Below, piece after piece: positions 13,170 through 28,072 of a stretch of 64,000 nt of DNA. The first letter of the stretch is position 1; each line of letters begins with the position of its first letter. Under the pieces are notes generated by a model. That model did not search any database, had not been told where the DNA came from, and worked only from the letters and a program-made list of their open reading frames with translations. The DNA is taken from NCBI RefSeq assembly GCF_964204865.1, contig NC_135251.1:14942001-15006000 (forward strand), in the 5' to 3' direction. The position numbers were made by a program, and so were the translations under genes. This DNA comes from Styela clava. Taxonomy: Eukaryota.

Positions 13170-13625
13170 TTTACTTAAAAGTCAACACATTCAATATACA
13201 TTTAATGTGACTTCTGATGCTGCCGCTGAGGGCCTTGAACGACTGCTCACATGCAACACATGTTGAAATCCGCGATACTCCTCGCTTTTTTTTCTCATAG
13301 GCATCTCCGTTGTGCGAAATATTACAAATAAACAGCGCAAACGGACGGATGGCTTTTCTTTGTTGCTTCGTGATGTCACAAAATATGTTCCGGAATCCCT
13401 TAGTTTTGTCACAATTTCTGTCTGGCACTTCTCGCACATAACATAGACAGAGACAGACGCTGAGCGCGTTTCGCAAACGTATTGGCAAATGTTCTGCAAA
13501 TTTGGCTATAACTTTAGTTTGAAACTTGGTAAGGCTAGCCATGGATTACCAGATTTTTCTGGGAGCCACATGTCGTCAAGAAAAGAGCCATATATGACTC
13601 GCGAGCCATGGGTTCCTGACCACTG
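13170..13625 (-). mobile_element. Decayed hAT element end with a possible BED-finger remnant
   Basis: Minus-strand terminus CAGTGGTCAGGAACC...GGCTCGCGAGTC resembles Charlie-type ends. ORF fragment TCVACEQSFKALSGSIRSHIKC resembles a BED zinc finger. No partner TIR found. Confidence 0.35.
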
Positions 13626-15480
13626 CTATGTATAGACCAACGATTAACATACCGGTATAGACATAGAGGGTCAACATTATCATTCTCTGTGGTCAGACAA
13701 AGCAAATTATTCTTGGGTGTGAAATTGAAAACAATTAGACTTGTTTCTATTAGAAGTACATATATTGCTAGTAATTATACCCCGGGTGGAGTTGTGTGCA
13801 GTCTAACTAAGACTTTCGTCGATGGAATATTTATCAGACCCAGAGAGTGAAAAAAATTGCGGGATGAATATTTAAACATAAATATACACAACCAGTAGTA
13901 CAATTTACCACCACTGTTCCACTTTTCTTTAGTTTACGCCTACAAATTTTTCATTCGCATGCCCCAAGAATCGTTTTTGTATAATCCTGCGTACTAAACC
14001 AAATTATACTATATAACCAAATTTTGCCAACTTGTTATCCGACACAAATCGTTTTTTATTTTACCGGACCAATCTCTATCAAATCAGTGGTTAAAGTTGT
14101 AACTTTCGCCGAGAAATTATTCTTGCTGCAGCAGCATTCTTGGGTTATGCATACGCTTGCGGATCATAAGCAAACCTCTGTGACCTTAAAGCGGGACGCC
14201 TCCAAAGACCATAGCTGTGATTTTTTCAACTCTAAATTTACCGATTTTACATTAGGAGCGTACATTTAAAACCACCCCGACTGTCTTCATTGACAATATT
14301 GTCATCGAGACGTCATGCACTATCTGTCTAATATCGGTTTCAGTTCGAAAAATACAAAAGAATTAACGTTCACTTTAAGCACCCTTTTAGCGTACGGGGC
14401 TTACACGTAACAAATTGTAGCAATTATCCGCTAAGCTAACGAAACAAACAAAACCACGCATCCACCTCCAGTAAGTAGGCTACCGATACGCTACACAGCA
14501 ACAGTATGGAGAACATGCTAATTGGTAATGTTCGTGTATTATGCTAACTGGCTAAACGCCGGAGTGGGACTTTTAGATGACTGGTCGGTACGTCGGATCA
14601 AGACGTTGAAAAGTGGGACTGTACCGCCAAAAACGGGACGTATGGTAAGCCTAAGTAAAGGCATCCTTGGGTTATGCATACGCTTACGGAGGATACGGAT
14701 TATAATCAAAGAGCAAGGAAAGATAGTTTGTATCGCGTAGGTACCTGATTTCCAACGCTACAGTGCATCAATCAAAATTCATTATTGGACACGAAATGAA
14801 CCTATGGATTGTTTTGTTATTTTGTTGTTCTTGCTATTTTTTCTTGTTGTTGTTCAAAAATTGCATTTTTTTAACTACTAGACCACTTGCTTTGAAATCT
14901 TCAGTGGTTAAAGATTGTAGTTTTCGCTAGTAGGCTATTGCTTTTACTTATTCCTAAATTTCCTATGAGATCTGATATTTCATCCAAAATTTCGCTGTTT
15001 TAGTTTCATTTATTAATTTTATTTTTCGTGTCCATATATTTGAGCATTGCTCTCTTGTATACATAATATTATATCAAGTCCAATGACAAAGGAAAGGTTT
15101 GATGGCGTTAGGCGTGAACAGTGGCCGCGTCGATGCACAAGCTCATATGTACCGAATTAATTACAGATTTAGAACCCATTCACACCAACGCAGTGCGTTG
15201 CGTTATATTTTGACGCAGATGCAACGCAATGCGCTGAACTTGTTCACACTGCGTTGCGTTGACGCATGTCAAAAGGTCATATTCCGGGTGCCCGTATTTT
15301 GGATCAGGAACTTGATAGGCATTGTGTTTAAGAGCAGAGTAGGTAAGACAGCTGTTGTTTGGATATAAATTTGAGACGTTTTGGCGATTGTATAATGCCG
15401 TTGTATATCAATGATAGTTATTATTTTCAAAACAATGAAAAATGTACAATGATTTTTATACAGATTGATTAGATATCGGT

Positions 15481-16445
15481 ATGGCAGGTATGGACTTAGA
15501 ACATCTCATAGTTGAGGTCAGAGAAAGGAAGTGTCTTTACGCTGTAAAAGAAGCAGCCTACAGGGATACAATTAAAAAGGGAAAGGCGTGGGAAGAGGTC
15601 GCAGAGGCGTTGGGAAGAAGTGGTAAGAAAATGAGTATGAGCCTAGAATAGTTATCTGTTACTATATTGCATCTAAAACCAATTAGGAAGAAATTAAGTA
15701 AATGCAAGATAACAGAATAAACTTCAAAGTTAATTGCTTTTCAGTGACAGATTGTAAGACCAGATGGAGATCTACAAAGGATAGGTATAGGAAAGAGAAA
15801 AGAAGGGAATCAGAGGCTACGAGGAGTGGGGCAGCAGCAGGGGGATATAGAGCATGGAAGTGCTAAAGTTCCTAGACGAGCACGTCGACTTTCGAACGTA
15901 AGTATTATTTGCTTTCGTAACAAACGCAATAATATTTCTAATCCCTACCCCACAGTATCAACGGTCGCAAATGACTGACTGACTACTCCAGATCTCGGAA
16001 CCCCAAACTATGACCATGTAACTTACTCTTTTCCAAAGAACGTCTTCAAATATTGACGAGGATGTCACTCTTGTGGTGCTCCAAGATGGAAATAATGTCC
16101 AAATGAGTGGTGAAGCTGACAACTTACCTAATATGAACACCAGTTGCACTACATCAGCATCTGATAAAGATGCACTTACAAAAGCGACTGATCTTGACGA
16201 AACTATCATGAGTCTTGTCAACAAAGGTATTTAATTCTAAAACCTTTCCATGAGGCATATTTGTGTCACACAAATGATTTCCAATCTAATAATCATACCT
16301 TTATTTACATACAGAGAGTGATGATGCTGAAAAATTTGCCTTGAGCCTCGTAGATACTCTACGCAGGCTACCAGTACAACGTTTGCAACTTGCGAAAATT
16401 AAAATTCACGAGCTTCTGTACAACATCGAATTTGGGGAAATATAA
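15481..16445 (+). pseudogene. Harbinger Myb/SANT-like (MADF) + BESS DNA-binding protein, 4 exons, frameshifted in exon 2
   Basis: Exons 15481-15622, 15745-15897, 16039-16226, 16315-16445. MADF: LIVEVRERKCLY..YRDTIKKGKAWEEVAEALG..DCKTRWRSTKDRYRKE. BESS: DDAEKFALSLVDTLRRLP..LQLAKIKIHELL. Premature TAA at 15864-15866; the expected VLKFLDEHV continues in another frame. Confidence 0.85.
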
Positions 16446-16483
16446 TTTACTTGGAACACATTGTTTTCAATTATTGATTATAT

Positions 16484-16702
16484 GGTAATCCTGAAGTATG
16501 TGAACGAAGATGGCAGACACCGAACTTAGTATGTCTACCAGGTTAGGTTTAGGCAAAATTTTCAGGTACAAATACTAAGGGAGTCGCTTGTCTAGTCCCC
16601 GAACTAAAATAAGGAAAATTGGAATAAATTATGGCCTAAACCTAACCTGGTAAACATACCAGGTTCAGGTGTCCATCTTGGTTCACATCCTTAGGGAGTA
16701 CC
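16484..16702. mobile_element. Foldback MITE, same family as 42840-43066, inserted between the two Harbinger genes
   Basis: Imperfect long TIRs GGTAATCCTGAAGTATGTGAAC / GTTCACATCCTTAGGGAGTACC; inverted GGTTAGGTTTAGG motifs; TSD degenerate. Confidence 0.75.
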
Positions 16703-16771
16703 AAATATACTAGCATATCAGATTTGTAATATCTCTGCAGTTCAGTAATCATCTATAAAATTGTTAAAAGA

Positions 16772-19180
16772 TCAGCAATGGTGCCATTGCCAGGGCACAG
16801 CACCTTCCCCTGCAAAGTAGTTGGCAAAGGTGTTGCGAACAGATTGTGCGCTCTGTGTTGCACGGCCACCACTCCCGGGTATGTCATGCAGCAGTTGAGT
16901 GGACACTGTAATATTATCGTCAACTGGTGCAGCCCCAGCAACATCTCTTCTCAAAAAATTGTGTAGGCAGCATGTTGCCTTTATGACAGAGTCGATATTG
17001 CTGGGCTTCAATGGTATTGGTCTGTGATAGACTCTCCACTGATTAGCTAAGATGCCAAATGTGCTCTCTACCATTCTTCTTGCCCGCGATAGGCGATAAT
17101 TAAAGATTCTTTTCTCCTGCGAGAGACCATTGCCAGGAAATGGTCTCATCAGATTTTCTTTCAAGGGAAAGGCTTCATCCCCAATGAATACGAACGGAAC
17201 AGTAGGTCCATCCGTTACTGGCAATGGCCTGAAAATAAATTTGCCCTATTTAGCCAGAAATACAAAATGAGGTTTAGGTAGGAGGTTTTTCTGCATAAAC
17301 ATGCTTCATTTTTATGGGTTATTACTAAGTTGTTAAAATAATAAGCCTTTATTACTTAGGTGTAAAGAAAAATCATAGCCTGTTTCGTTATAGAAAAAAA
17401 CATCAGCAGTCATTTTCAAGTCTAGGTGGACTACTAGCTTAAATAACCCACCTTGGTGAGGGTAGACTCAAGGTTCCATTCTGCAGGCGACGGCCAAAAC
17501 ACGAGTTCGCAAATATTCCCCCATCGCTTGCTCTGCCATAGGCGCCAATGTCCACCGCAAGAAATTTATAACTGAAAAATATGAATTTCATTGAATTCTT
17601 GATGGCACTGTTTGGAATAAATGCCCATGTATAATCCACATAATATTGGGAAATAATTGGTTTCTAATTTATTTAGCCATTCATAGAAAGCAACCACAAG
17701 TGGTAAGTTACAAAAATTGTTTACCTATGAATACAAATTAGTGTGATACAAAATCAGGTTTAATATTTACCATGCATCAACGATAGCCAGGAGCACAATG
17801 CTATGCGTTTTTTTGTAATTGTAATACAACGATCCAGCATTGCTAGGACATTTAACAACAACATGCTTTCCATCAATAGCGCCCAAACAGTTTGGAAATT
17901 GCCATTTTTTGTGAAAAACATCGGCAACCTCAGTCCATTCGGAACAACTTGATGGGCATTTGAGGAAATCCCCTCTCAATGCATCCCATATTGCAGAACA
18001 TGTTTCTGAGACAATGTTGCTCACAGTTGATATGCCAAGACGATAGCTGTTAGCTATAGTTCTATAGCTATCGCCAGTAGCTAAGAATCTGAAAAAATGA
18101 AAGATAAAGTAAAGCAATTGACACATTATGTAATAATAAATAACAAAATATGCTCATGTGTGAATGAATTTATAAATAATAGTCTATCATAAAATGGAAA
18201 CATATTTTTATATGCGGCCAATGGCAAACACGAGTGCACATTATTATCAGATACAAGCTGATTACTGTGATGTTTATCCCTGGATATACAAATGTTTGTA
18301 TTTGCTATCTGAATAAGTGTTTCTTAACCTGTTATATCATAGACATAAACTTCTGAATAGCTCATCCATATTTTTGGTTTCACAAAGTGATATAATGAAC
18401 CGCTTTTGCTAACTTATCAGCTAATGTACCTCAATGTTACTGCAATTCTCTCTTCTGGTGGTATCGGCTTCCTGAATGCTGTAGCTTGTTTACTTATAAC
18501 AGGCCCAACTAAAGTTATTAAAATTTGAAAGTCTTCGACTGACATGCGGAGGTAGGTCTCAAAATAGCTTCTCCTCTCCAATCTCATCTCTTTCAAAAGC
18601 CTGTGGTACTCGCCTGTTAACGTTACAATATTCAGATATTACCCGTTAAGGTACCGGTAATCATTCAATATGATATATATTTTCAAACCTCTCAAATACT
18701 ACTTTTTGCACTAAAATGAGCTGTAGACTATCAGTAGAGGGTACCGTAATACTACAGTACTATGATAAGCACTGTCCAGACTGTCAGAACACCTTTCAGC
18801 TTTTTAACTACTGAACTAGATCAAATACCTGAATACTGGAATATGGCACCGGTCTAAAGGGCTAGTATGGTATGTTAACTGTTAAATCTAGAACCATGTA
18901 AGTAGCAAATTCTGTTTATTACAAACGGCTAGAAATACGGTGCAGTCGTATACGTACCGTACCGGTACCCAGGTACGGTACCGTACCGGTACTGGGGTAC
19001 GGTAGGCCTACCTACTGCTGTACTGTGAAAATACTGCAATACTGGTACCGTACCTCTAGTCTCTCTTCTCTGCAAAATAGGATGCACCCACCACCTTCTT
19101 CTTTTGCATCTATTTTTTTTATCCTTGCGTCTTTTCAGCCACAACAGTAATCCCAATTTTTGATGTTTGCTCAAAGCCAT
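16772..19180 (-). CDS. Harbinger DDE transposase (HARBI1-like, DDE_Tnp_4), 5 exons, 401 aa, apparently intact
   Basis: Exons 19180-19054, 18613-18430, 18088-17771, 17571-17452, 17228-16772; phase-consistent (1206 nt, no internal stop). Motifs RRWWVHPI, YLRMS, LRFLATGDSY, FPNCLGAIDGKH, YYNYK, GRASDGGIF, GDEAFPL, FNYRLSRARRMVESTFG and LHNFL. Confidence 0.93.
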
Positions 19181-19847
19181 CGCCAAACCACAGAACAAAG
19201 CACCGGAACTCAACTCAAATCTCAGACAACGCAGCGCGTCAACGCAAAGGAATGTTTCCTCGAGAATTCGTTGCGTTGACGCAGTGCGCCAAAATGATGC
19301 GTTAACGCAACAACGCAAGTTTACTTAAACAATTAAAGAATAACGCACTGGTGTGAACAGATGTGAATGGGCCCTTATTGAGTGAATCGAGGCGATTAAA
19401 AACTAATGCCCATAACTAAATGACGGTTTCCGTTACATTCTGCAAGACCCTTGGGGATTTACAGCATGGAATCAATAAACCGCTATAATATTCTCATCCC
19501 TATCGATTACTGGAGTCAAACGAGGTGTGGATGGCATTGTACATGCAAATACTCAAAAGCATGATGGTATTGATAGACAATTTTATATCCGAACTAAGCA
19601 AGCATGTTTTGAAAGCTTAGCACGAAACCCCAACCGCCACAACATGTTGCAATCAAACGTTAGCTTGATTAAACATTTTCCATTTGTGTAATTCTTACCT
19701 CTGCGACTATTTTTGCTATAAGATGAAACTCTCCGTTAATGTGCGATGAAAAAAGTTGAGAATCACAGCTCTAGGCGACTCTTGAGCAGTTTCATTCAAT
19801 TCAACACCGACGCAAATATTCTCCGATGTATTATTTAAAACCATAGT

Positions 19848-20011
19848 CCAAGTCCATGCTTCCGAAAAAAACAAACAATACAGTAAAAAACTAATCCCAT
19901 ACCCGACTTGGAATGGTAACCGGACGAGAGGCCGTGGTTCGCCATATGGATAAGCCGTCTTATCGGCTTTCCTATCCCCGGGATAATTATGTAAATCCTA
20001 TCCTATCCCTA
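19848..20011 (+). mobile_element. 5'-truncated tRNA-derived SINE
   Basis: Near-identical to the reverse complement of 28073-28222; ends in an (ATCCT)n tail. Confidence 0.85.
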
Positions 20012-21789
20012 TGTTGTGTATTGTAGGTTATGGTTTTTATTCTACGTGTTTACAAAACGAAAAAAAAATAGAATATTTGAAGAAAGAAGAATTTAAAAAA
20101 AAAATAGAGTTTGGGTTATCAGAGTCATCTCCTGTCAATAAACCCACTGAATCCTGAACATTACTGAGAGTAGGTCTTCTTCCATGTTTGGAACGCAGCA
20201 TGTAAAACGACTAAGCACTCACTGAACAGCTTCAGTAGGCTACAGAGCCAAGCAAACCTTCACAAAGCCAAAATATTTCAGTAGTATAAAATATCACATT
20301 TACTGGGAGTATGTATGGTCAAGCGTCTTTTCTTCAAAAACCAAACAACTTTTCGTGACAAGCAAATCTATTGTCAAACGTTTTGTTAATCGGCGATGAA
20401 TAGTTACCATACGAAATTTGATTTTTAATATTGTTTCGCATAAAGCATTTATATCAGCGAGATCAATACAAGGAGCCATTTTGACCGCGCGTATCTTTAA
20501 TACTTGGTTTCTCAAGATGACGCTAATACATGTATCATGATTGTAGCGTCAACAAACTACTTGACCCGAAAACGGTGACGATTAAGTTCTCGGAAATTTT
20601 ATCAGTCAATAAGTATTTTGCAATAACTCATGCCCTACGGCTAGCAACATTAGATGATCCGAAAGTCTTATAATTGTCGGTTTCGAGTCTTCAAATGGCC
20701 GAAACAATCGATGGTAATTTTGTAAAACAAGATAAGGGCGCAACCAGTGTAAAACATCGCAAACGCAACTAAATTGGAAACTTGGTGAAATTTGCTGGTA
20801 GTTCCAAGTTACTACAATCTGAAGTCCCAACATAATTAAATGACACAATTAGATGCATGCTATTATCATTTTAATGAAATGTTACTAGACCAAAAAAAAG
20901 ACACCACTGTGCAGTAATTTCAAATACCATATATATGAGCAAACAGTAAACCAATGATTTACAACAACATTGATGTATATTCTTGGCAAATGAGTGCTTT
21001 CAAGAAATCGTGGAAGTCAGCTATGAATAAACTACCTAAAAGACGTAGTCACTGAACAGTATTGTCGTTTCATTAACACCCTACTGTGTTAGTAGTTATA
21101 GTTGCATTAAATTATTCATAATTGACATCCAAATCTTAATTAATAGCCCACAAGAATAAAACGATAAAATTTGCACTTAGTGATCACCAGCTTACAAGCA
21201 TGGATGTTTATTTACACAGAGTGGAGTGGCCGAAAAAGAAACAGTTTACTTTTCGTACTAAATTCGATCATTTTTCAATTTTTTTCTTGGTTTTTTAATT
21301 ATTCTGGGTAAATTCAAACACACTCAATCCCCTGGTATTATTTGACAATCCTTTCATATACCAATCTGGGAGAAAGAGGGCTAAAACAACTTAAAAAAAT
21401 TAGAGCAGTCCCTGAAAAGGACACACAGAACAAACAAGGTCATCAAAATCTCATCCAGAGATCTATTAATGTGTTTTGAGGGATGGTAAGAACTACTACT
21501 ATTATCTTTGAGGTCAGTTTGGCAAACATGGAAAAAACAAGTCAGAGTTCCGAAAATTCAAGTTAAATGGTTGAAAACTGTCAAAAGTTGGTTTTTGAAA
21601 TTTGTAATATTCTTGATATTTTTTTTATTTTATTTTTCAGTATTTTTTCACCTGGATTTAAGTCGTAAAACCAGGGGCTCAGTAATTTTTTTTTTTATTA
21701 GGATAATTTTTTGTGGGGCAAAAGTAGGATGATTTTTAAAAACGAAACAGTTCACACATAACACCGACGATTATTATCTTTCGAATTTG

Positions 21790-23885
<2,096 letters not shown>

Positions 23886-24857
23886 AATTGTGACCGGGAA
23901 CCCAGTACACAATAGTTTCTGAAAAAATAAAATGCATGAAATATTCAATGAGTGTTCTTAACGAAGGGAATATGACCATAGATGAAAATATGTTTTTGCA
24001 GTATGCCAATTTCCAATGCAGAACATCATACCGCCTCATAACATTAGAAACAACTTCCACAACTATTTAGGACGTGAACATCCGTATTATGTCTGTAATT
24101 TATATTTCTGTGAATCCTCCCTCTCCTACAAGTATTCCCCTGGACATGTGGCAGACGGCGTCGGATAAATAGTATTTTTCTCATTCGGAACTGTACGTAA
24201 AGCGTGATAAACTCGTCATTATGCGATAATCTGACACAAGACACTAAGTACAACCTAAGGATTGAATCCGCAAATTCAATTCTCAACTGAACACAAGTGA
24301 ATATTAAGTAAAAAAAGCGATGTGATAATATATATATATATACATAATATAGCGGGTAACAAATCGCAAAAATTTCGTGATTTTCGATCAGAAATGTGAA
24401 ATTTTGCTAACGGCGATATCTTAAATATAGCGAAGATAAATTACGGAGATCGCAAAAATTAGAATCAATTCTAATTATAATGAAATGTACTGTTTATGTA
24501 CGCAGATTGTAGTAATTCAGAGCAGTAATACTAATATTTTATCGAAGTCGGCACAACGTCGAGTTTCGTTGAATATGATTAAATTAATAAGGCAAAACAC
24601 TTTTAATGCTTTCGGCCACGGACTGAATATTTGCGCAACAGAAAAAATCATTATCGCTGAAAAAAAACAATTATAACGAATGACGAAATCGCGCGACTGT
24701 TTCAATCAGGATTTCCTTTCCTGGTTTTGAATACAAAATAAAATTTAAGGAAAACATAGTTTGGTGCAAGTTATCTGGCATTTTGAACAAAGTAGAACTG
24801 CTGATTCTTTTTTTTTCAACATCTTATTTGGTAGAAAAGGTGTCATCAAATTTAGTA

Positions 24858-25798
24858 CCGTAAAAGTGTCTAACTTCGGCCAAAATTATCATATTTTTGT
24901 CAATAATTCAACCATTCATTGTCAAAAAAATTGCTCGGTAAAGCATTCGTGAGGTAATTTACATTCTCTGCAAATTTCGGGTAAATTGGACTATTTTTAC
25001 TCTTGAAATAATCTATTTTTCTTGCCATCTGAGCGTTATTCTTCACTGCCTAACTTCGGACAGTCATTTTCCTCACTGCGTAACCGCGACGCACAAAGAG
25101 AAAAAAAAAAGGCTCCTGATGCGGGTGACGTAGTCACGTCTCAACAGGCTTGTATTGTAAGTCTTTGAAATATTAATATTCTCAACGAATAGCTTTGTTG
25201 ATGTTACGCTGTTATCTTTATTAGTGATAAATTTATATCACACACGTCGAACCCAATTGTAAAGTTTAATCTTCAACTTCATCTTGTTAACTTTGAGATA
25301 TGTCTCTGGATTTATGTTAAAAATTAAATCAATTTTTCACTTTGAGTGAAGAAAATTTACCCAGGCTGTATTCAATCACTGCCATTTTGATTTCAATTCA
25401 ACGAATAATTGTGAAATTAGTATACAGTGCAATATGGACGTTGGAATTTTTCTAGTTTTTCTGTTTTTATAAGTTATCCGATTTTGGACGCCGTCGATTA
25501 ACATATTCTCATTAATGTGATTTTGGCATATATTCACACATGGATCGAACAAAATACAAAAATATTACATTGGAAAGCCGTCTTTGTCTAAACGAAAAAT
25601 GTCAATTTGGCGCCATTATGTCAGTCGTCAAAATTCATTTCCGCAACTCAGTGTGATGTCGTCTCGGAATTGAGCGAATCAACTTTTGACGAAAAAATTA
25701 TTATGTAACATTAAAAAAATTGAGAATAGATGTACATATAACAGCACCACCTATAATAATTATATAGGTTAGACATATAAAGTTAGACACTTTTACGG
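24858..25798. mobile_element. Tc1/mariner-superfamily (pogo-like) non-autonomous element, 941 bp
   Basis: Perfect 19-bp TIR CCGTAAAAGTGTCTAACTT; TA TSD at 24856-24857 and 25799-25800; no ORF. Confidence 0.88.
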
Positions 25799-26563
25799 TA
25801 ACTGATTAAAATGTACCGGTATTCAAATATTAATAAACTTTGTTGAAATTCATCCATCTTATTAAAAACATCATTCGCCATGATCAGTCTACTTCAGTAT
25901 TGTTTAATTGATTTGCAATAGATTGAGAGATTAGTTTGTAACTTGATGTTTTGTTAAAATGTTGGGGAACCAGTTTCTATACCACGAAACGCCGTGACCA
26001 TACGTCTTATCGTTTTGATGCAGCCATAATTCTGAAAAACATTGATCCTGTGTCATTTAGTTTCTGAACCCAGGAACCCATGGACTGACCTAGTCAAACA
26101 AACATAATTCAGTACCGTACCTTCAGACTATAGCTATAACAGTATAATCTATACTGCAATAAATTCAAGTTAGTCAAACATATCATTGGTTTTACGCTTT
26201 AGCCAAGCAACGGTACCGGTACCAGTACTTCAGTATTTTCCAACTTAGCTTGAATTCTGAAATTTTCATAATTATGGAAATACGGTAACGTTACCGGTAC
26301 CTGAATACTGGAATGGACCAATCCCTAAAATCAATACGTTTTTATACGCCGTCGTAAGGGTATAACATACTGGAATAACCGTTTAGGCCTAATGCTCTGA
26401 GCTGAGCTAATTCCGACAGGAAATAAAGCATCACAATCTGTAACTGTTTTTTTTTTTTCAATTTTCGTAACGGTACCGTATTATTACGCTGGCTACCAGG
26501 TTATAACAGATTGTCGAAAACAGCTAAAGCAACGCATTTAAATGGTACCGTTATATCCTCTAC

Positions 26564-26718
26564 CTCGAACATCCTGTATTTGAATTTTATAAAGCTCATA
26601 ACAAAATTGCTTTCTGTAACACGGATTAACCTGGATAAAAAGAACGAAACGCAACAGATTGCGCCACACACCAGCTTTCTCTGTTTGCGTTTGTCACGTT
26701 TTTGGACGTCACTTCCTG
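26564..26718 (-). promoter_or_regulatory. Candidate PABPC promoter and first non-coding exon (ETS/CRE composite plus polypyrimidine initiator)
   Basis: Minus strand CAGGAAGTGACGTC at 26718-26705, ~60 nt above TTTCGTTCTTTTTATCC (~26649-26633). Possible donors at 26630 (CAG|GTTAAT) or 26563 (GAG|GTAGAG). Confidence 0.45.
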
Positions 26719-28072
26719 TCGCCCATAAGTTTCTATTTGATGATATAGCTCTATTGCGCTCCTTGTGTTGGAAATAGAGAGAGACAGAGAGAGTTTATTT
26801 CATTTTGTCAAACCAAGAAAACAATTTATGCACACATAAACGAATATCAAAAAAATAGTTTTCGATATATGACTGGGGGGCAACGATACGACCTTTGGGG
26901 GTCATCAGGACAGAGCTTTGCAATTTGCATGTAACAAACTGGGTTACAAATATGCGCTTCAGAATGCTATTTATATATAAGCTTCAGAATGCTATTTATT
27001 CATCTTTCCGTATATCCAAAATCAAAATGCACATACATTCACATAAATGAAAGAGATAGAGAGTGAGATTTATTGCCACAAAAACAAAATGAAATAAATA
27101 TAATGTTATCTTGCATTTATGGATGGGCGGACATGATGAGCATATGGGCGGACCAGACCAAACAATTACCAACTTTCATGACCTTTGACCGATGCTGCCA
27201 GCAACATATTTCGAGGGAACGCTCGTCTAACCACGCCATTACAAACTTCACGGGGTTGCTATATACCTGCTCCGAAAAGCTTTCTGTGTGTAAATGTTGC
27301 TTCAACAGTCTTTTTAATAATATAAATTTAATACTGACCAACTTTTGTTAAGTTGCATGTACAGTACCATCGTCTATTTGTCGGTTGAGTTGAGTACCGA
27401 TACGGTATCGAACCTGGTAGTGGTGCACCCGTACCAGTACTGCAGTACCGTCAGAGGACCGGATATCGTGTTAAACTAGCCCACCGTGTACCTTAAAACA
27501 CTAAAATATTACGAAAAACCTACTTTAGTGCAGCATTTCGCGGATCATTTACCGCCCAACCACATGCAAATACAAAGCAAAATCGCAGCGTTCCCCCCAA
27601 ACAGTGGTTCTGGCAGCAGTCGTCACGCTCTGTTGAGCAGTATAAAAGTCGGTAATTCTTAGACTTCAGATGAGTTTCTGATGTGGAACAAGTAAGCTAT
27701 GCTCAAATATATGAACACGTCACAAAGTACCGCTATTTTATTATTCTGACACATAAAAAACAAATCTCTAGTTAACAGAAATTTTTGAAATAAATAAAAG
27801 TAATAGCCTTCTGGTGAAAAAATCAATCTTTAACCAATGAAAATTCCAAAGCAATTGGTTCAGTAATCAAAGAGAAAAGCGTTTTTTGTAATCGTTAAAA
27901 TTCTTAAAAAGAGTGCCAGCATAAAATGCAAAACGATCGTCATGTCCACTGACGTGTCAACAACAGCGTTTTTTTAGTTGACTAGTGAATTTTCATGACG
28001 AATTCAAAAAAATTGCTGAAATCAGATAAATTTGGTCTGTAAAGTCGCACAGTTTGGTGGAGTCATGTACAC

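Larger units (their letters stand above)
15172..19374. mobile_element. PIF/Harbinger DNA transposon with both ends, 4.2 kb, two convergent genes
   Basis: TIRs GAACCCATTCACAC and (reverse complement of right end) GGGCCCATTCACAT. TTA TSD at 15169-15171 and 19375-19377. Subterminal TGCGTT/AACGCA arrays. Encodes a DDE transposase and a MADF protein. Confidence 0.93.

Noticed and set aside
14170-14655. hAT-Blackjack-like end (GGGACGTATGGTAAGCCTA) between short direct repeats
   Set aside because: Only one terminus is recognisable and there is no TSD, so boundaries are unsupported.
26775-27350. Possible 3' end of a LINE (minus-strand AATAAA followed by a TC microsatellite)
   Set aside because: No convincing reverse-transcriptase motifs, so too weak to call.
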